This document shows positions 32,007 through 41,499 of a DNA stretch of 64,000 nt, piece by piece. The DNA comes from Candidatus Omnitrophota bacterium (GTDB taxonomy: Bacteria > Omnitrophota > Gorgyraeia > B26-G9). Location of the stretch: the NCBI GenBank assembly GCA_043805415.1, contig JAZDHZ010000009.1:13973-77972 (forward strand). Direction: 5' to 3'. The position numbers and the translations under genes are program-made. Every line of letters starts with the position of its first letter. Positions within the stretch are counted from its first letter, which is position 1. Under the pieces are notes generated by a model, which worked only from the letters and a program-made list of their open reading frames with translations, was not told the DNA's origin and did no database searches.

Positions 32007-32621
32007 ATGGCTATTAAAAAATCAAAAACAAAACAGCTTGGGCAGTTATTGATGGAAAAAGAGATCATCACTCATGGCCAGCTGGATCAGGCGCTTGAAA
32101 TTCAGCTCAAAGATGGCGGTTTGCTGGGGCAGATACTTATTAAACTGGGATTTGTTACCGAACAGCAGATTGAAGACAGTGTTTTTGAGCAAACAACTAA
32201 TTCCCAAAAGCTTGAAAATGTGCTTATGGAAATGGGGATAATCACTCAAGAGCAGATAAATCTAGCTAATGATTTGGAGAAAAAAGAGGGTAGTTTTTTC
32301 GCGCAAAACATTATTAAGCTGGGGTTTCTTGGAGCCGAAGATTTAGTAAGCATTATGGTGACTCAATTCGGATTTCCTTATTTACAGCTAGAAAATTACG
32401 AAATAGATCCTGAAATAGTAAAGCTTGTTCCCCAAAATATTGCCCAGAAATTCAGTTTAATCGCTATTGATAAAATAGGAAATATTTTAACAATAGCCAT
32501 GGCTGACCCTCTAAACGCGAAAGCCCAAGATGAAATAAGAAAAGCTACAGGCTTAAACGTGGAAACTTTTATTTCTACTTATTCTGAAATAGAAGCTGCC
32601 TTGACAAAGAATTACAAATAA
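32007..32621 (+). CDS. stand-alone MshEN-like (putative c-di-GMP-binding) repeats plus T2SSE_N domain, no ATPase domain
   Basis: Two pairs of MshEN-type ~24-aa motifs (LGQLLMEKEIITHGQLDQALEIQ / LLGQILIKLGFVTEQQIEDS; VLMEMGIITQEQINLA / FAQNIIKLGFLGAEDLVSIM), then GspE_N fold (…IAIDKIGNILTIAMADPLN…). Confidence 0.7.
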   Translation: MAIKKSKTKQLGQLLMEKEIITHGQLDQALEIQLKDGGLLGQILIKLGFVTEQQIEDSVFEQTTNSQKLENVLMEMGIITQEQINLANDLEKKEGSFFAQNIIKLGFLGAEDLVSIMVTQFGFPYLQLENYEIDPEIVKLVPQNIAQKFSLIAIDKIGNILTIAMADPLNAKAQDEIRKATGLNVETFISTYSEIEAALTKNYK

Positions 32622-32649
32622 TAGTATAAGCCTTATCGAGGTTTTTGAA

Positions 32650-34362
32650 ATGACTCAGAGTTTAAAAGAAAAAATGATGGATGTTTTGACCCGGTCTAAT
32701 TTCTTAACGAAAGAACAATTAGACGAAGCGATAGAGGCTCAGAAGAAAACTGGCCGGCGTTTAAGTGATGTTTTGACAATGATGGGGTATATAACCCAAA
32801 AAGATTTAGTTATTGTCTTAAGTCAAAGCTTAAATATTCCTCCGATAAACCTGGCGAAAGTTAAGATCAATCCGGAAATAGTAAAAATCATTCCTCGAGA
32901 ATCTGCTGAAAAGTACCAAGCGCTGGTAGTTTCCAAAATTGGTAAAGTTCTTACGGTTGCGATGGTAGACCCGCTTAATGTTTTGGCAATTGATGAACTA
33001 AAAGTATTGACCAACTATGAATTAAAAATTGTTGTTGCCGAGGAAAAAGAACTTAAAGTCGCGATTAATACTTATTATAGTGACTCGACTAATGAGCAAA
33101 TTAGAAATATTATTGATGACGCCAAGGACATGAATCTGGAAATTATTGAGGATGCTGACAGTCAGGAAAAAATATTTAATACTGCTCAGATGCTTAAGGA
33201 TGTTGAAGGCGCGCCGATTGTTAAAATCACCAACATGCTTTTAGCCCAGGGAATAAAAAATCAAGCCAGTGATATTCTGATCGAACCACAGGAAAAAGTT
33301 TTACGTATCCGCTACCGTTTAGATGGGATTTTAAAAGAATTTCCCGCGCCGCCAAAACATATGGAAGAAGCAATTGTTTCACGGATAAAAGTTTTGTCAG
33401 TTCTCAATATCGCTGAACATCGATTGCCTCAGGACGGCCGGTTTAAAATTAAAGTGGCGGATCGGGAAGTGGATTTCCGTGTTTCGATTATGCCGACAAG
33501 TCATGGGGAAAAAGTCGCTTTGCGTGTTTTGGATAAAACCGCGGTGGTTTTGGATCTGGATAAGATGGGCTTTGAACCGGATGGGCTTAAAATTATAAAA
33601 GAACTGGCCATGGAGCCGCATGGGATGATGCTTATATGCGGACCAACCGGAAGCGGTAAATCAACAACGCTTTATTCAATTCTGAAGTATGTTGATGATC
33701 CGGAAAAAAATATTTGCAGCGCGGAAGATCCGGTTGAATACCAGCTTGAAGGAATAAATCAGGTAAATGTTAATCCTGAAGTTGGATTGACCTTCTGCGG
33801 CGCGCTGCGTTCTTTTTTACGTCAAGATCCTGATGTTATCATGGTTGGGGAAATCCGCGATACCGAAACTCTGGATATTTCGATTAAAGCCGCGCTTACC
33901 GGACATCTTGTTTTAAGCACTTTGCACACCACTGAGGCGGCTGGAGCAGTAACCAGAATGGTTAATATGGGGATTGAACCTTTTTTAATTACTTCTTCCT
34001 GTATTATGGTCTGCGCTCAAAGATTAATCCGCAAAATTTGTCCTGATTGCAAAGAAGGCTATCCGATACCTGCTGAAATAAGAAAAAAATTTAAGATCGG
34101 GGAGCAATATAAAACATTATTCAAAGGCAAGGGGTGCAAAACCTGTCAAGGCACTGGATACAAGGGAAGAATCGGTATGTGCGAAGTTCTGGCCTTAACC
34201 CCTGAAATACGTGATTTAATTATGGTTAGAGCGCAGGAAAATTTAATTAAGGCTAAAGCCCGCGAACAGGGAATGGTTACTTTAAGAGAGCATGGAGTAA
34301 TTAAATGTTTAAAAGGGATTACGACATTGGAAGAAGTTACAAGGCTAACTGCTGACGATTAA
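32650..34362 (+). CDS. pilB: type IV pilus assembly (extension) ATPase PilB/GspE family, paralog 1
   Basis: N-terminal MshEN-like motif, T2SSE_N, Walker A GPTGSGKST, tetracysteine CPDC…CKTCQGTG. Confidence 0.9.
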   Translation: MTQSLKEKMMDVLTRSNFLTKEQLDEAIEAQKKTGRRLSDVLTMMGYITQKDLVIVLSQSLNIPPINLAKVKINPEIVKIIPRESAEKYQALVVSKIGKVLTVAMVDPLNVLAIDELKVLTNYELKIVVAEEKELKVAINTYYSDSTNEQIRNIIDDAKDMNLEIIEDADSQEKIFNTAQMLKDVEGAPIVKITNMLLAQGIKNQASDILIEPQEKVLRIRYRLDGILKEFPAPPKHMEEAIVSRIKVLSVLNIAEHRLPQDGRFKIKVADREVDFRVSIMPTSHGEKVALRVLDKTAVVLDLDKMGFEPDGLKIIKELAMEPHGMMLICGPTGSGKSTTLYSILKYVDDPEKNICSAEDPVEYQLEGINQVNVNPEVGLTFCGALRSFLRQDPDVIMVGEIRDTETLDISIKAALTGHLVLSTLHTTEAAGAVTRMVNMGIEPFLITSSCIMVCAQRLIRKICPDCKEGYPIPAEIRKKFKIGEQYKTLFKGKGCKTCQGTGYKGRIGMCEVLALTPEIRDLIMVRAQENLIKAKAREQGMVTLREHGVIKCLKGITTLEEVTRLTADD

Positions 34363-34383
34363 AAATAGTAGAGAGTAGGGATT

Positions 34384-36102
34384 ATGCGTAGGACAAAAAA
34401 ACGTCTTAATGAGCTTTTGCTGGATTACAATTTAATAAGCGAAAAAGATGTTATTAGCGCTTTAGAAATTCAGCGCAAAAGAGGCGGACAATTAGCGACA
34501 ATATTAATCGAGGAAAATTTTGTTAAAGAAGAAGATATTGTAACTTGTTTTTGCCGTTATTTAAATGTTCCTCCGATAAACCTTTCCAAATTCCATGGCG
34601 ATGAAAAAAAGATAAAACTTATTCCCGAACACGTTGCAAGACATTATCGTTTGATCTGCATATCGCAAGTTGGTAATATGCTGACAGTAGCGATGTGCGA
34701 TCCTTTGAACGTGCTGGCGATTGATGATATTAAGGCTTTAACGGGTTATGATATTATTCCAGTGGTATCAGCATTGAGCGGGATTACATTAGCGGTTGAT
34801 CGTTTCTATCATCATAAAGAAGAGGTTAAGACTGAAGAAAGTTTTGATGATTTAGTCAAAGAAATCAATGAGGATGATATTCAGCTGGTTAAAGAAATTG
34901 AACAGATTGATATCGGGGATGTTATCAGATCAAGCAGCGAAGCGCCGATAGTCAAGATGCTTGATGCTTTAATCGCTGAAGCATTGATGAAAAGGGCTTC
35001 GGATATTCATATCGAACCATATGAGACAAAAATAAGAGTACGCTATCGAGTTGACGGAGCATTGCAGGAAGCAGCGATTTTACCGAAAAAGATTCAAAAC
35101 GCGATAGCCGCGAGAATAAAGATTATGTCTAACCTGGATATTACGCAAAGGCTTGTTCCTCAGGATGGAAGATTTAAAGTAAGGCTTGGCGATAAAGAAG
35201 TTGATTTTCGTGTTTCTATTTTACCAATCAGTTTTGGGGAAAAAGTGGTAATGCGTGCTTTGGATAAAGCTAATCTTAGTATCGGTCTTGAGGCTTTAGG
35301 TTTTTTGCCGCAAGCAATGGATGCTTTTGCCTACGCGGTTGCTCAGCCTTATGGAATGATTCTGGTAACTGGTCCGACTGGAAGCGGTAAATCAACCACG
35401 CTGTATTCGGTTTTAAATAAACTTAATGTTCCGGAGCGCAATTTGATTACAATCGAAGATCCGGTTGAATATCAGGTAGATGGAATAACCCAGGTCCAAG
35501 TAAAAGCTGATGTCGGGCTTACTTTCGGTCAGGGACTGCGGGCAATTTTACGGCAAAATCCCGATATTCTTATGGTTGGAGAAATTCGTGATTTTGAAAC
35601 CGGAGATATCGCGGTAAAAGCAGCTTTGACTGGAGCCTTGCTGTTAAGCACATTGCATACTAATGATGCTCCGGGAGCGGTAACCCGGCTTATTGATATG
35701 GGCATAGAGCCGTTTCTTATTGCCAGCAGTGTTATTGCTGTCGCGGCGCAGCGGTTAGCACGTTCAATTTGTCCTAATTGCAAGGAGGCTTATAAAATTC
35801 CCCAATCAGTTTTAGATAGAATGGACCTTGTCCTTGACGCGGAAAAAATTACTGTATACAGAGGTAAGGGTTGTGATAAATGCGGAGGAACCGGGTATAA
35901 AGGACGTTTTGCGATTCTCGAAGTAATGGTGGTAAATGATGCAATCAGAGAAATGATAATGAATCGCAATTCCAGTGATGAAATAAAGCGTTATGCCAGG
36001 AAAAAAAACGGGATGTTGACTTTACGCGATTCCGGCATTCAGAATTTTCTTAAAGGTCAGACAACTCTTGAGGAGGTATTAAGAGTAACCTCCAAAGAAT
36101 AA
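34384..36102 (+). CDS. PilB/GspE-family ATPase, paralog 2
   Basis: Same architecture (MshEN-like N-terminus, GPTGSGKST, CPNC…CDKCGGTG); ~40-45% identical to paralog 1. Confidence 0.9.
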   Translation: MRRTKKRLNELLLDYNLISEKDVISALEIQRKRGGQLATILIEENFVKEEDIVTCFCRYLNVPPINLSKFHGDEKKIKLIPEHVARHYRLICISQVGNMLTVAMCDPLNVLAIDDIKALTGYDIIPVVSALSGITLAVDRFYHHKEEVKTEESFDDLVKEINEDDIQLVKEIEQIDIGDVIRSSSEAPIVKMLDALIAEALMKRASDIHIEPYETKIRVRYRVDGALQEAAILPKKIQNAIAARIKIMSNLDITQRLVPQDGRFKVRLGDKEVDFRVSILPISFGEKVVMRALDKANLSIGLEALGFLPQAMDAFAYAVAQPYGMILVTGPTGSGKSTTLYSVLNKLNVPERNLITIEDPVEYQVDGITQVQVKADVGLTFGQGLRAILRQNPDILMVGEIRDFETGDIAVKAALTGALLLSTLHTNDAPGAVTRLIDMGIEPFLIASSVIAVAAQRLARSICPNCKEAYKIPQSVLDRMDLVLDAEKITVYRGKGCDKCGGTGYKGRFAILEVMVVNDAIREMIMNRNSSDEIKRYARKKNGMLTLRDSGIQNFLKGQTTLEEVLRVTSKE

Positions 36103-36216
36103 TTCTGACTAACAGATTAAATTTTAGTTAAAAAAAATGCTTTTTGTTGTATAATGTTTAGAAGTAAAAATTATAAGTAATATTTAATGGCTGCTTTGAT
36201 TTTATAGGAGGGGAAA

Positions 36217-37422
36217 ATGCCTTTATTTAAATACGTTGCAAAAGATGAAGACGGCAATGCTGTTGATGATCTGATCGAAGCAAAAGATGAAATGGTTGCT
36301 CTTGATATGCTCAGAGTTAAAAATCTGATTATTATCTCAATTACTGAGCAAAAGCAAGCGAAAGCCAAGGCCAAAACTGGGGGTAAGAAAATAAAAGCGG
36401 AAGAGCTGGTAATTTTTTCCCGACAGCTGGCAACAATGGTTAATGCTGGAATCCCGCTTGTGCAAAGTCTTGATATCTTAAGTGAGCAAATGGAGAGCAT
36501 AACATTCAGGCATGTAGTAACAACGATCAGGAGTGATGTAGAATCCGGATCTAGTTTGTCAGCTGCTTTGGAAAAACATCCAAAAGTTTTTACCATGCTG
36601 TATACAAATATGGTGCGAGCCGGAGAAACCAGCGGTATGCTGGATGAAATTCTTGAGAGACTTGCTGGTTATTTAGAAAAGAGCGGTTCATTGGCGCGTA
36701 AAGTAAAATCTGCCATGGTTTATCCGGCAGTTGTTTCGATGATGGCTATTGGAATAACCTTAGTTCTATTATTGAAAGTTATTCCGACTTTTAAGGAGAT
36801 ATTTGCTTCTTTGGGCGGCACGCTTCCTTTGCCTACTCAAATATTGATTAATATTTCAGACACTTTACAGGTATATTTTATCTATGTAGTTGCTGCTTTA
36901 GTGGCAATTGGGTTTGCCGTTGCTAAAGTTATACAAACTCCGCAGGGTAAACTGCGTTTTGATCAGCTAAAGCTTGGTTTGCCGGTATTTGGTCCTTTAC
37001 TTAGAAAAGTTGCTGTTGCTCGATTTTCCCGAACACTTTCAACCTTGATCAGAAGCGGCGTGCCGATTTTAGGCGCCTTAGAAATTGTGGGAAAAACATC
37101 AGGCAATGTTGTGATTGAAGCAGCAGTAGAAAGTTCGCGGGTAGGAATTCGCGAAGGAGAAAGTATTGCCTCTCCACTTGCCAAAAGTAAAGCTTTTCCT
37201 CCAATGGTAACCAGAATGATATCAGTTGGCGAGGAATCTGGAGAGCTTGAAAAAATGCTTACAAAAATTGCTGATTTTTATGAGGATCAGGTAGATGCGG
37301 CAGTAAGCGGCTTAACCAGTTTAATTGAGCCATTGATTATTGCTTTTTTAGGTCTTGTTGTTGGATCTATAGTAATTGCCATGTTTTTGCCGATATTCAA
37401 GATCAGTGAACTTATTGGTTAG
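36217..37422 (+). CDS. pilC: type IV pilus inner-membrane platform protein PilC (GspF family)
   Basis: Two T2SSF repeats, 3 TM helices, 401 aa. Confidence 0.9.
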   Translation: MPLFKYVAKDEDGNAVDDLIEAKDEMVALDMLRVKNLIIISITEQKQAKAKAKTGGKKIKAEELVIFSRQLATMVNAGIPLVQSLDILSEQMESITFRHVVTTIRSDVESGSSLSAALEKHPKVFTMLYTNMVRAGETSGMLDEILERLAGYLEKSGSLARKVKSAMVYPAVVSMMAIGITLVLLLKVIPTFKEIFASLGGTLPLPTQILINISDTLQVYFIYVVAALVAIGFAVAKVIQTPQGKLRFDQLKLGLPVFGPLLRKVAVARFSRTLSTLIRSGVPILGALEIVGKTSGNVVIEAAVESSRVGIREGESIASPLAKSKAFPPMVTRMISVGEESGELEKMLTKIADFYEDQVDAAVSGLTSLIEPLIIAFLGLVVGSIVIAMFLPIFKISELIG

Positions 37423-37465
37423 AGCTATAAATATCTGCAATTATTAAACTTAATCCTAGTAAGCT

Positions 37466-37779
37466 GTTTGCAAAAGCATTGACAAAACTTGGTTGCTCAG
37501 GTATACTTATATAAAAGGTATAAGAAAAGTAAAAGTTTTATTTATTTTAGCCTTTTATCGAAATAGCAAACCCACTGAAAAGTGGGGACGTTTCTCTGAG
37601 ATTACTTACTGGTAAACACAGCAATGAAACACCGAATGATTCTACTTCCTTAAATCACATCAATCGGGGCAAAGCCACGGGTCTAATGGTATTCCTTAAT
37701 AGACGGCCGGGTTACCGAAATAAAAAGGAAAAGCCAATGATAGCCGAGCTACCGAAATAAAAGGTAGGTCGGTTTTTTG
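37466..37779 (+). promoter_or_regulatory. Conserved ~300-nt leader, copy A: sigma-70 promoter (TTGACA-17-TATACT), GEMM/c-di-GMP-I riboswitch-like blocks, terminal intrinsic terminator
   Basis: ~95% identical to 41169-41472. Contains GCAAACC-CACUGAAAAGUG-GGGACG (GNRA-capped hairpin as in GEMM P2) and GCAAAGCCACGGGUC; ends in stem-loop CCGAGCTACC…GGTAGGTCGG plus T6. Confidence 0.5.
37744..37778 (+). terminator. intrinsic terminator (expression platform of leader A)
   Basis: 10-bp stem with 1 mismatch, 9-nt loop, TTTTTT; 5' half repeats the aptamer 3' sequence TACCGAAATAAAAGG, suggesting alternative pairing. Confidence 0.5.
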
Positions 37780-37828
37780 CGTTTTATGTTTAACAATTGT
37801 TCGGTAATTTAGGGAAATTAAAAGTGTT

Positions 37829-38236
37829 ATGAAAAAAAATAAAGCATTTACCTTGATTGAACTAATGATTAGTTCTGTTATTCTTGTAGTATGTTTATTT
37901 TCCCTGATCACAAGTTTTATTATGTGTTATGGATTAAGTGAAACAGCAAGAAACACAACTATCGCTACAGAAGACGGGCGGAGGGTTATTGAGGAAATGC
38001 GCAGTACTAGCGCTGAATCTTTGGTTTTAGTTGTAAATGAAGATTGGAGCGCTTGGGCAGCAGCGCATGGTTGTGTTAATTTAGAGCAAGAGCAAATTCT
38101 GGTTACGTATACAGACCGTAATGGCACTGGTGACCCGCTTGATGATGATCCCTTAGAAGTAAGCGTAAACGTGACTTGGCAAGAGCGGGGCCGTTGGCGG
38201 ATTTTAAATTTCAATGTTCTGCTTACGCCTAGATAG
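37829..38236 (+). CDS. type IV minor pilin/pseudopilin-like protein (module A, gene 1)
   Basis: Class III signal MKKNKA|FTLIELM with Glu+5 and hydrophobic helix; Ala at -1. Confidence 0.75.
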   Translation: MKKNKAFTLIELMISSVILVVCLFSLITSFIMCYGLSETARNTTIATEDGRRVIEEMRSTSAESLVLVVNEDWSAWAAAHGCVNLEQEQILVTYTDRNGTGDPLDDDPLEVSVNVTWQERGRWRILNFNVLLTPR

Positions 38237-38280
38237 AGAACGATTATTTTAATATTTTTTTTAAAACAAGAGCTGAGCCG

Positions 38281-38865
38281 ATGAATAAAAAGAAAATTAA
38301 TAAAATAGCTATTTTCACCCGCGCGCCTGAAAGCCGTGGGTATCAACTTGTCAAAATATGGTTTAATGCGCAAGGTTTTACGCTTATAGAGTTAATGGTT
38401 AGTTGTAGTATTTTAGTTATTCTGGTTTCAAGTGTTTTCGCTATATTAACTTCAGGCAGCCGGTTATGGGCAGTTAGTGTGGCTCAGATCGATATTAGCG
38501 CTTCAGCACGTAATGCTATGGCTAGGGTGTTTGATGATCTGTCTCAGGCAGGCCAGGATACAGTAATTGTAAGTCCTGGACATGACGCGATTACTTTTCA
38601 AACGCCTGATTCTTATTCTGGGGGAATTATATCTTGGGGAAATCAAATCCAATATTCCTTAGGCGGTTTAAATGGACAACAACTTTTACGTACTGATTTG
38701 GTGTCGGGAGATGTCCAGGTATGGGGAAATAATATTACCCTATTGCAGCTTGATCAAACTAAAGATGATACGATAGATATCCAAATCACATTAAGTAAAC
38801 AATCGGCTAAGGGTGATATTTTAACTGTACAGCTTGGATCTCAGGTCCGGCTGCGAAATAAATAG
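38281..38865 (+). CDS. type IV minor pilin-like protein (module A, gene 2; PilW-like)
   Basis: …NAQG|FTLIELMV prepilin motif preceded by an unusually long 35-aa leader (no in-frame alternative start). Confidence 0.7.
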   Translation: MNKKKINKIAIFTRAPESRGYQLVKIWFNAQGFTLIELMVSCSILVILVSSVFAILTSGSRLWAVSVAQIDISASARNAMARVFDDLSQAGQDTVIVSPGHDAITFQTPDSYSGGIISWGNQIQYSLGGLNGQQLLRTDLVSGDVQVWGNNITLLQLDQTKDDTIDIQITLSKQSAKGDILTVQLGSQVRLRNK

Positions 38866-38878
38866 GCGGTGAAAAATA

Positions 38879-40582
38879 ATGAAAAAAAAGGATATTTTTG
38901 CGAAAGAGAAAAAAATGGTCTACAGTAATAAGGGAGTGGCTTTAATTGCCGCGTATTTTACTCTCTTAGTTCTGACGATACTTTTTGTTTCTTTTATGGG
39001 CCGAATTTTTACTGAAAGCCGAGCTGCGGGAAGAAATAAGGAGGTCGTAGAAACATCCTATTTAGCTGAAGCAGGAATTGATCAGGTAACAGTTGATTTG
39101 CATAAATTATTCAAAGCTTATTTTATTGCCCAAGGACGCAGAGAAAGCGCTTTTGTCTGGTTTGACGATTTGCCTAATTCGGCTAAATATGTTTTGCCGG
39201 TTAATGCGGCTTTAGGTCCTGGTACGTATACGGTTCAGATAACTGATGTTAATTCTTCTATCTCTTCTCAGCGGGAGATTACATTTGTTTCCACAGCTCA
39301 AATAGATAATATAATAAAGAAAGTGACAGCAGTGATTCGTTATGAATTAGTTTCTTCAGAAGTATTTAAAAATAGCTACTTTGTTAATAATTTTGGCTGG
39401 TTGTGGGGGAATACCATAACCAGTCAAGGCGATATTCGGGCGAACGGCAATTTTAGCTTTGGGACCTATACTCCAACAATTAACGGAGACATTTATGCCG
39501 CGGTAAATCCTGATATCGGTGCGACCGGGGCAATTATTGGTAATAATGATTATGATAATATTACTGATTACCGCGATGATTCCTCAACCGCGGCGCGGCC
39601 AAGTAATCCAAGTGCTGATCCTCAGGATATTAATTTAGACGGAATTATTGAGCAATTTGCTTACGCGGATGGTTATGATGGTGCTAGTGATAAGATATCT
39701 AACCTTGAAGGCGTGGAAATGCCTTATCTCGGAGATCTGCAGGAATATAAAGATATAGCAATCGCGCAAAATGGAACAATATCACAAGGCGGGGCTGTGA
39801 TTGTGACTAATGTGCTGGATACTACAGGAGCCGACACCATTGTATTAATCGGAACAGCGGCAAATCCAATTCAGCTTAACGGTCCGGTAGTAATTGCCGG
39901 TGATGTTCTGATAAAAGGGGTCGTTACCGGACAAGGTACTATTTATTCCGGAAGAAATATTCATATCGGGGGTAATGTAACTTATAAGAATGCGCCTTCT
40001 TGGGTGAAACCTGATACTGACTCCGCGACAACTGATACCCAGGCTGATGCCTGCGATTTTTTAGGCTTGGCGGCAAAGGGAAATATTGTTGTCGGTGATT
40101 ATACCAGCGGTACTTTTAACCTGATAGAAAATTACTTAAAACCGCCTTTTACTCAGCCCTATAAGGTTGACCCCACAGATGCGGGCATTGGCTATGTTTC
40201 CTATACATCAGGGGGGGACTCTTATTTTAATGGTGACTATACCGCTAATGACGGAGGCAGGAAATTTGATTCAGCGGGTAATGACGCGGGGGCACGGAAA
40301 TTTTATGAATCTTCATTAAAAGACAATGAGTTTCGGTCATTTTGTGATAGCGGATTGTTTACGAGAATTGACGCGATATGCTATACAAACCATGCTTTAA
40401 CCGGAAGAATAGGGCAAATGGTTATAAATGGAATAATTGTTTCTCGCGATGAGGCAACTTCGTATTCTGGACATCTGACTTTGAATTATGATATTCGGGC
40501 AAAATCAGACAGATTGGGGAAAAAGATGTATTTGCCGAGAAGTTTGGCTTTGCCGCATACGGTGTATCTGAAAAGAGATTGA
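38879..40582 (+). CDS. large PilX_N-domain minor pilin / putative tip-associated protein (module A, gene 3)
   Basis: N-terminal GVALIAAYFTLLVLTILFVSFMG resembles the PilX N-terminal domain; 567 aa Gly/Asp/Thr-rich; alternative start ATG 38915. Confidence 0.65.
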   Translation: MKKKDIFAKEKKMVYSNKGVALIAAYFTLLVLTILFVSFMGRIFTESRAAGRNKEVVETSYLAEAGIDQVTVDLHKLFKAYFIAQGRRESAFVWFDDLPNSAKYVLPVNAALGPGTYTVQITDVNSSISSQREITFVSTAQIDNIIKKVTAVIRYELVSSEVFKNSYFVNNFGWLWGNTITSQGDIRANGNFSFGTYTPTINGDIYAAVNPDIGATGAIIGNNDYDNITDYRDDSSTAARPSNPSADPQDINLDGIIEQFAYADGYDGASDKISNLEGVEMPYLGDLQEYKDIAIAQNGTISQGGAVIVTNVLDTTGADTIVLIGTAANPIQLNGPVVIAGDVLIKGVVTGQGTIYSGRNIHIGGNVTYKNAPSWVKPDTDSATTDTQADACDFLGLAAKGNIVVGDYTSGTFNLIENYLKPPFTQPYKVDPTDAGIGYVSYTSGGDSYFNGDYTANDGGRKFDSAGNDAGARKFYESSLKDNEFRSFCDSGLFTRIDAICYTNHALTGRIGQMVINGIIVSRDEATSYSGHLTLNYDIRAKSDRLGKKMYLPRSLALPHTVYLKRD

Positions 40583-40598
40583 AATTACTAAGAGAAAG

Positions 40599-41021
40599 GT
40601 GTTGAAAATGAAGGGTGTAAAGTTGTGTATGACAATTATTATACTGCTTTCCCAGACGAATGGAGTGTATGGTTTTTTTCAGGATGATGGAACTGATCCT
40701 CAGCCAGTAATACAAGAAATGGTTGCGCAGCGCCAAGCTATAGAAAAAAGATATATAGCTTATGAAAAACAAAAAGCATTGGAAAAAGAAAAAACAAAAG
40801 AACGCTTATCCTGGACAAAAATCAGGCTTGAGCAAATGCGGGATGCTCAAGGCAGAAAAAATATAAACACCCGATCCAATATGAATATAGAGTCGAAGAA
40901 TGGAAGCCGGAAAAACACAGCAGCAGTTCAATCATTTAAAATTGCTCAAATTATCCTATTAATCGCGGGTTTATTTGGCTGCGTGTTTTGGATATATAAA
41001 ATCAACAAAAAAAAATTGTGA
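40599..41021 (+). CDS. hypothetical signal-peptide protein with C-terminal TM anchor (module A, gene 4)
   Basis: 140 aa; signal peptide, charged coiled region, C-terminal hydrophobic helix. Confidence 0.4.
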   Translation: MLKMKGVKLCMTIIILLSQTNGVYGFFQDDGTDPQPVIQEMVAQRQAIEKRYIAYEKQKALEKEKTKERLSWTKIRLEQMRDAQGRKNINTRSNMNIESKNGSRKNTAAVQSFKIAQIILLIAGLFGCVFWIYKINKKKL

Positions 41022-41168
41022 TCAGATATATAATACTGAATAAAGTTGTTTGAATATTCTTGATTTGCGCGTAATAACTTCGGGAATAGCCTGAGTAATT
41101 TTAAAGAGATGCTGAAAAATATGGAGCATATAAGTATATATAATAATTAAAGTTAATAATAATAAAAT

Positions 41169-41472
41169 GTTTGCAAAAGTATTGACAAGGTTTGGTAGCT
41201 AATGTATACTTATATTATAGGTAAAAGTTTTATTTATTTTACCCTTTTATCGATAATGGCAAACCCACTGAAAAGTGGGGGCGTTTCTCTGAGATTACTT
41301 ACTGGTAAACACAGCAATGAAACACCGAATGATTTTACTTCCTTGAATCGCATCAATCGGGGCAAAGCCACGGGTCTAATGGTGTTCCTTAATAGACGGC
41401 CGGGTTACCGAAATAAAAAGGAAAAGCCAATGATAGCCGAGCTACCGAAATAAAAGGTAGGTCGGTTTTTTG
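41169..41472 (+). promoter_or_regulatory. Conserved ~300-nt leader, copy B (promoter TTGACA-17-TATACT, GEMM-like blocks, terminator)
   Basis: Near-identical to copy A; substitutions cluster in a few short stretches; the 83-aa ORF called across it is probably spurious. Confidence 0.5.
41437..41471 (+). terminator. intrinsic terminator (expression platform of leader B)
   Basis: Same stem-loop plus T6 as copy A. Confidence 0.5.
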
Positions 41473-41499
41473 TCTAAAAAGGGGGAATGGGGAAAGCTT

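Noticed and set aside
41202-41453. 83-aa ORF (MYTYIIGKSF…) covering leader copy B
   Set aside because: It lies entirely inside the duplicated promoter/riboswitch-like/terminator element. It has no RBS, and copy A does not maintain the frame, so it is more likely non-coding RNA than protein.
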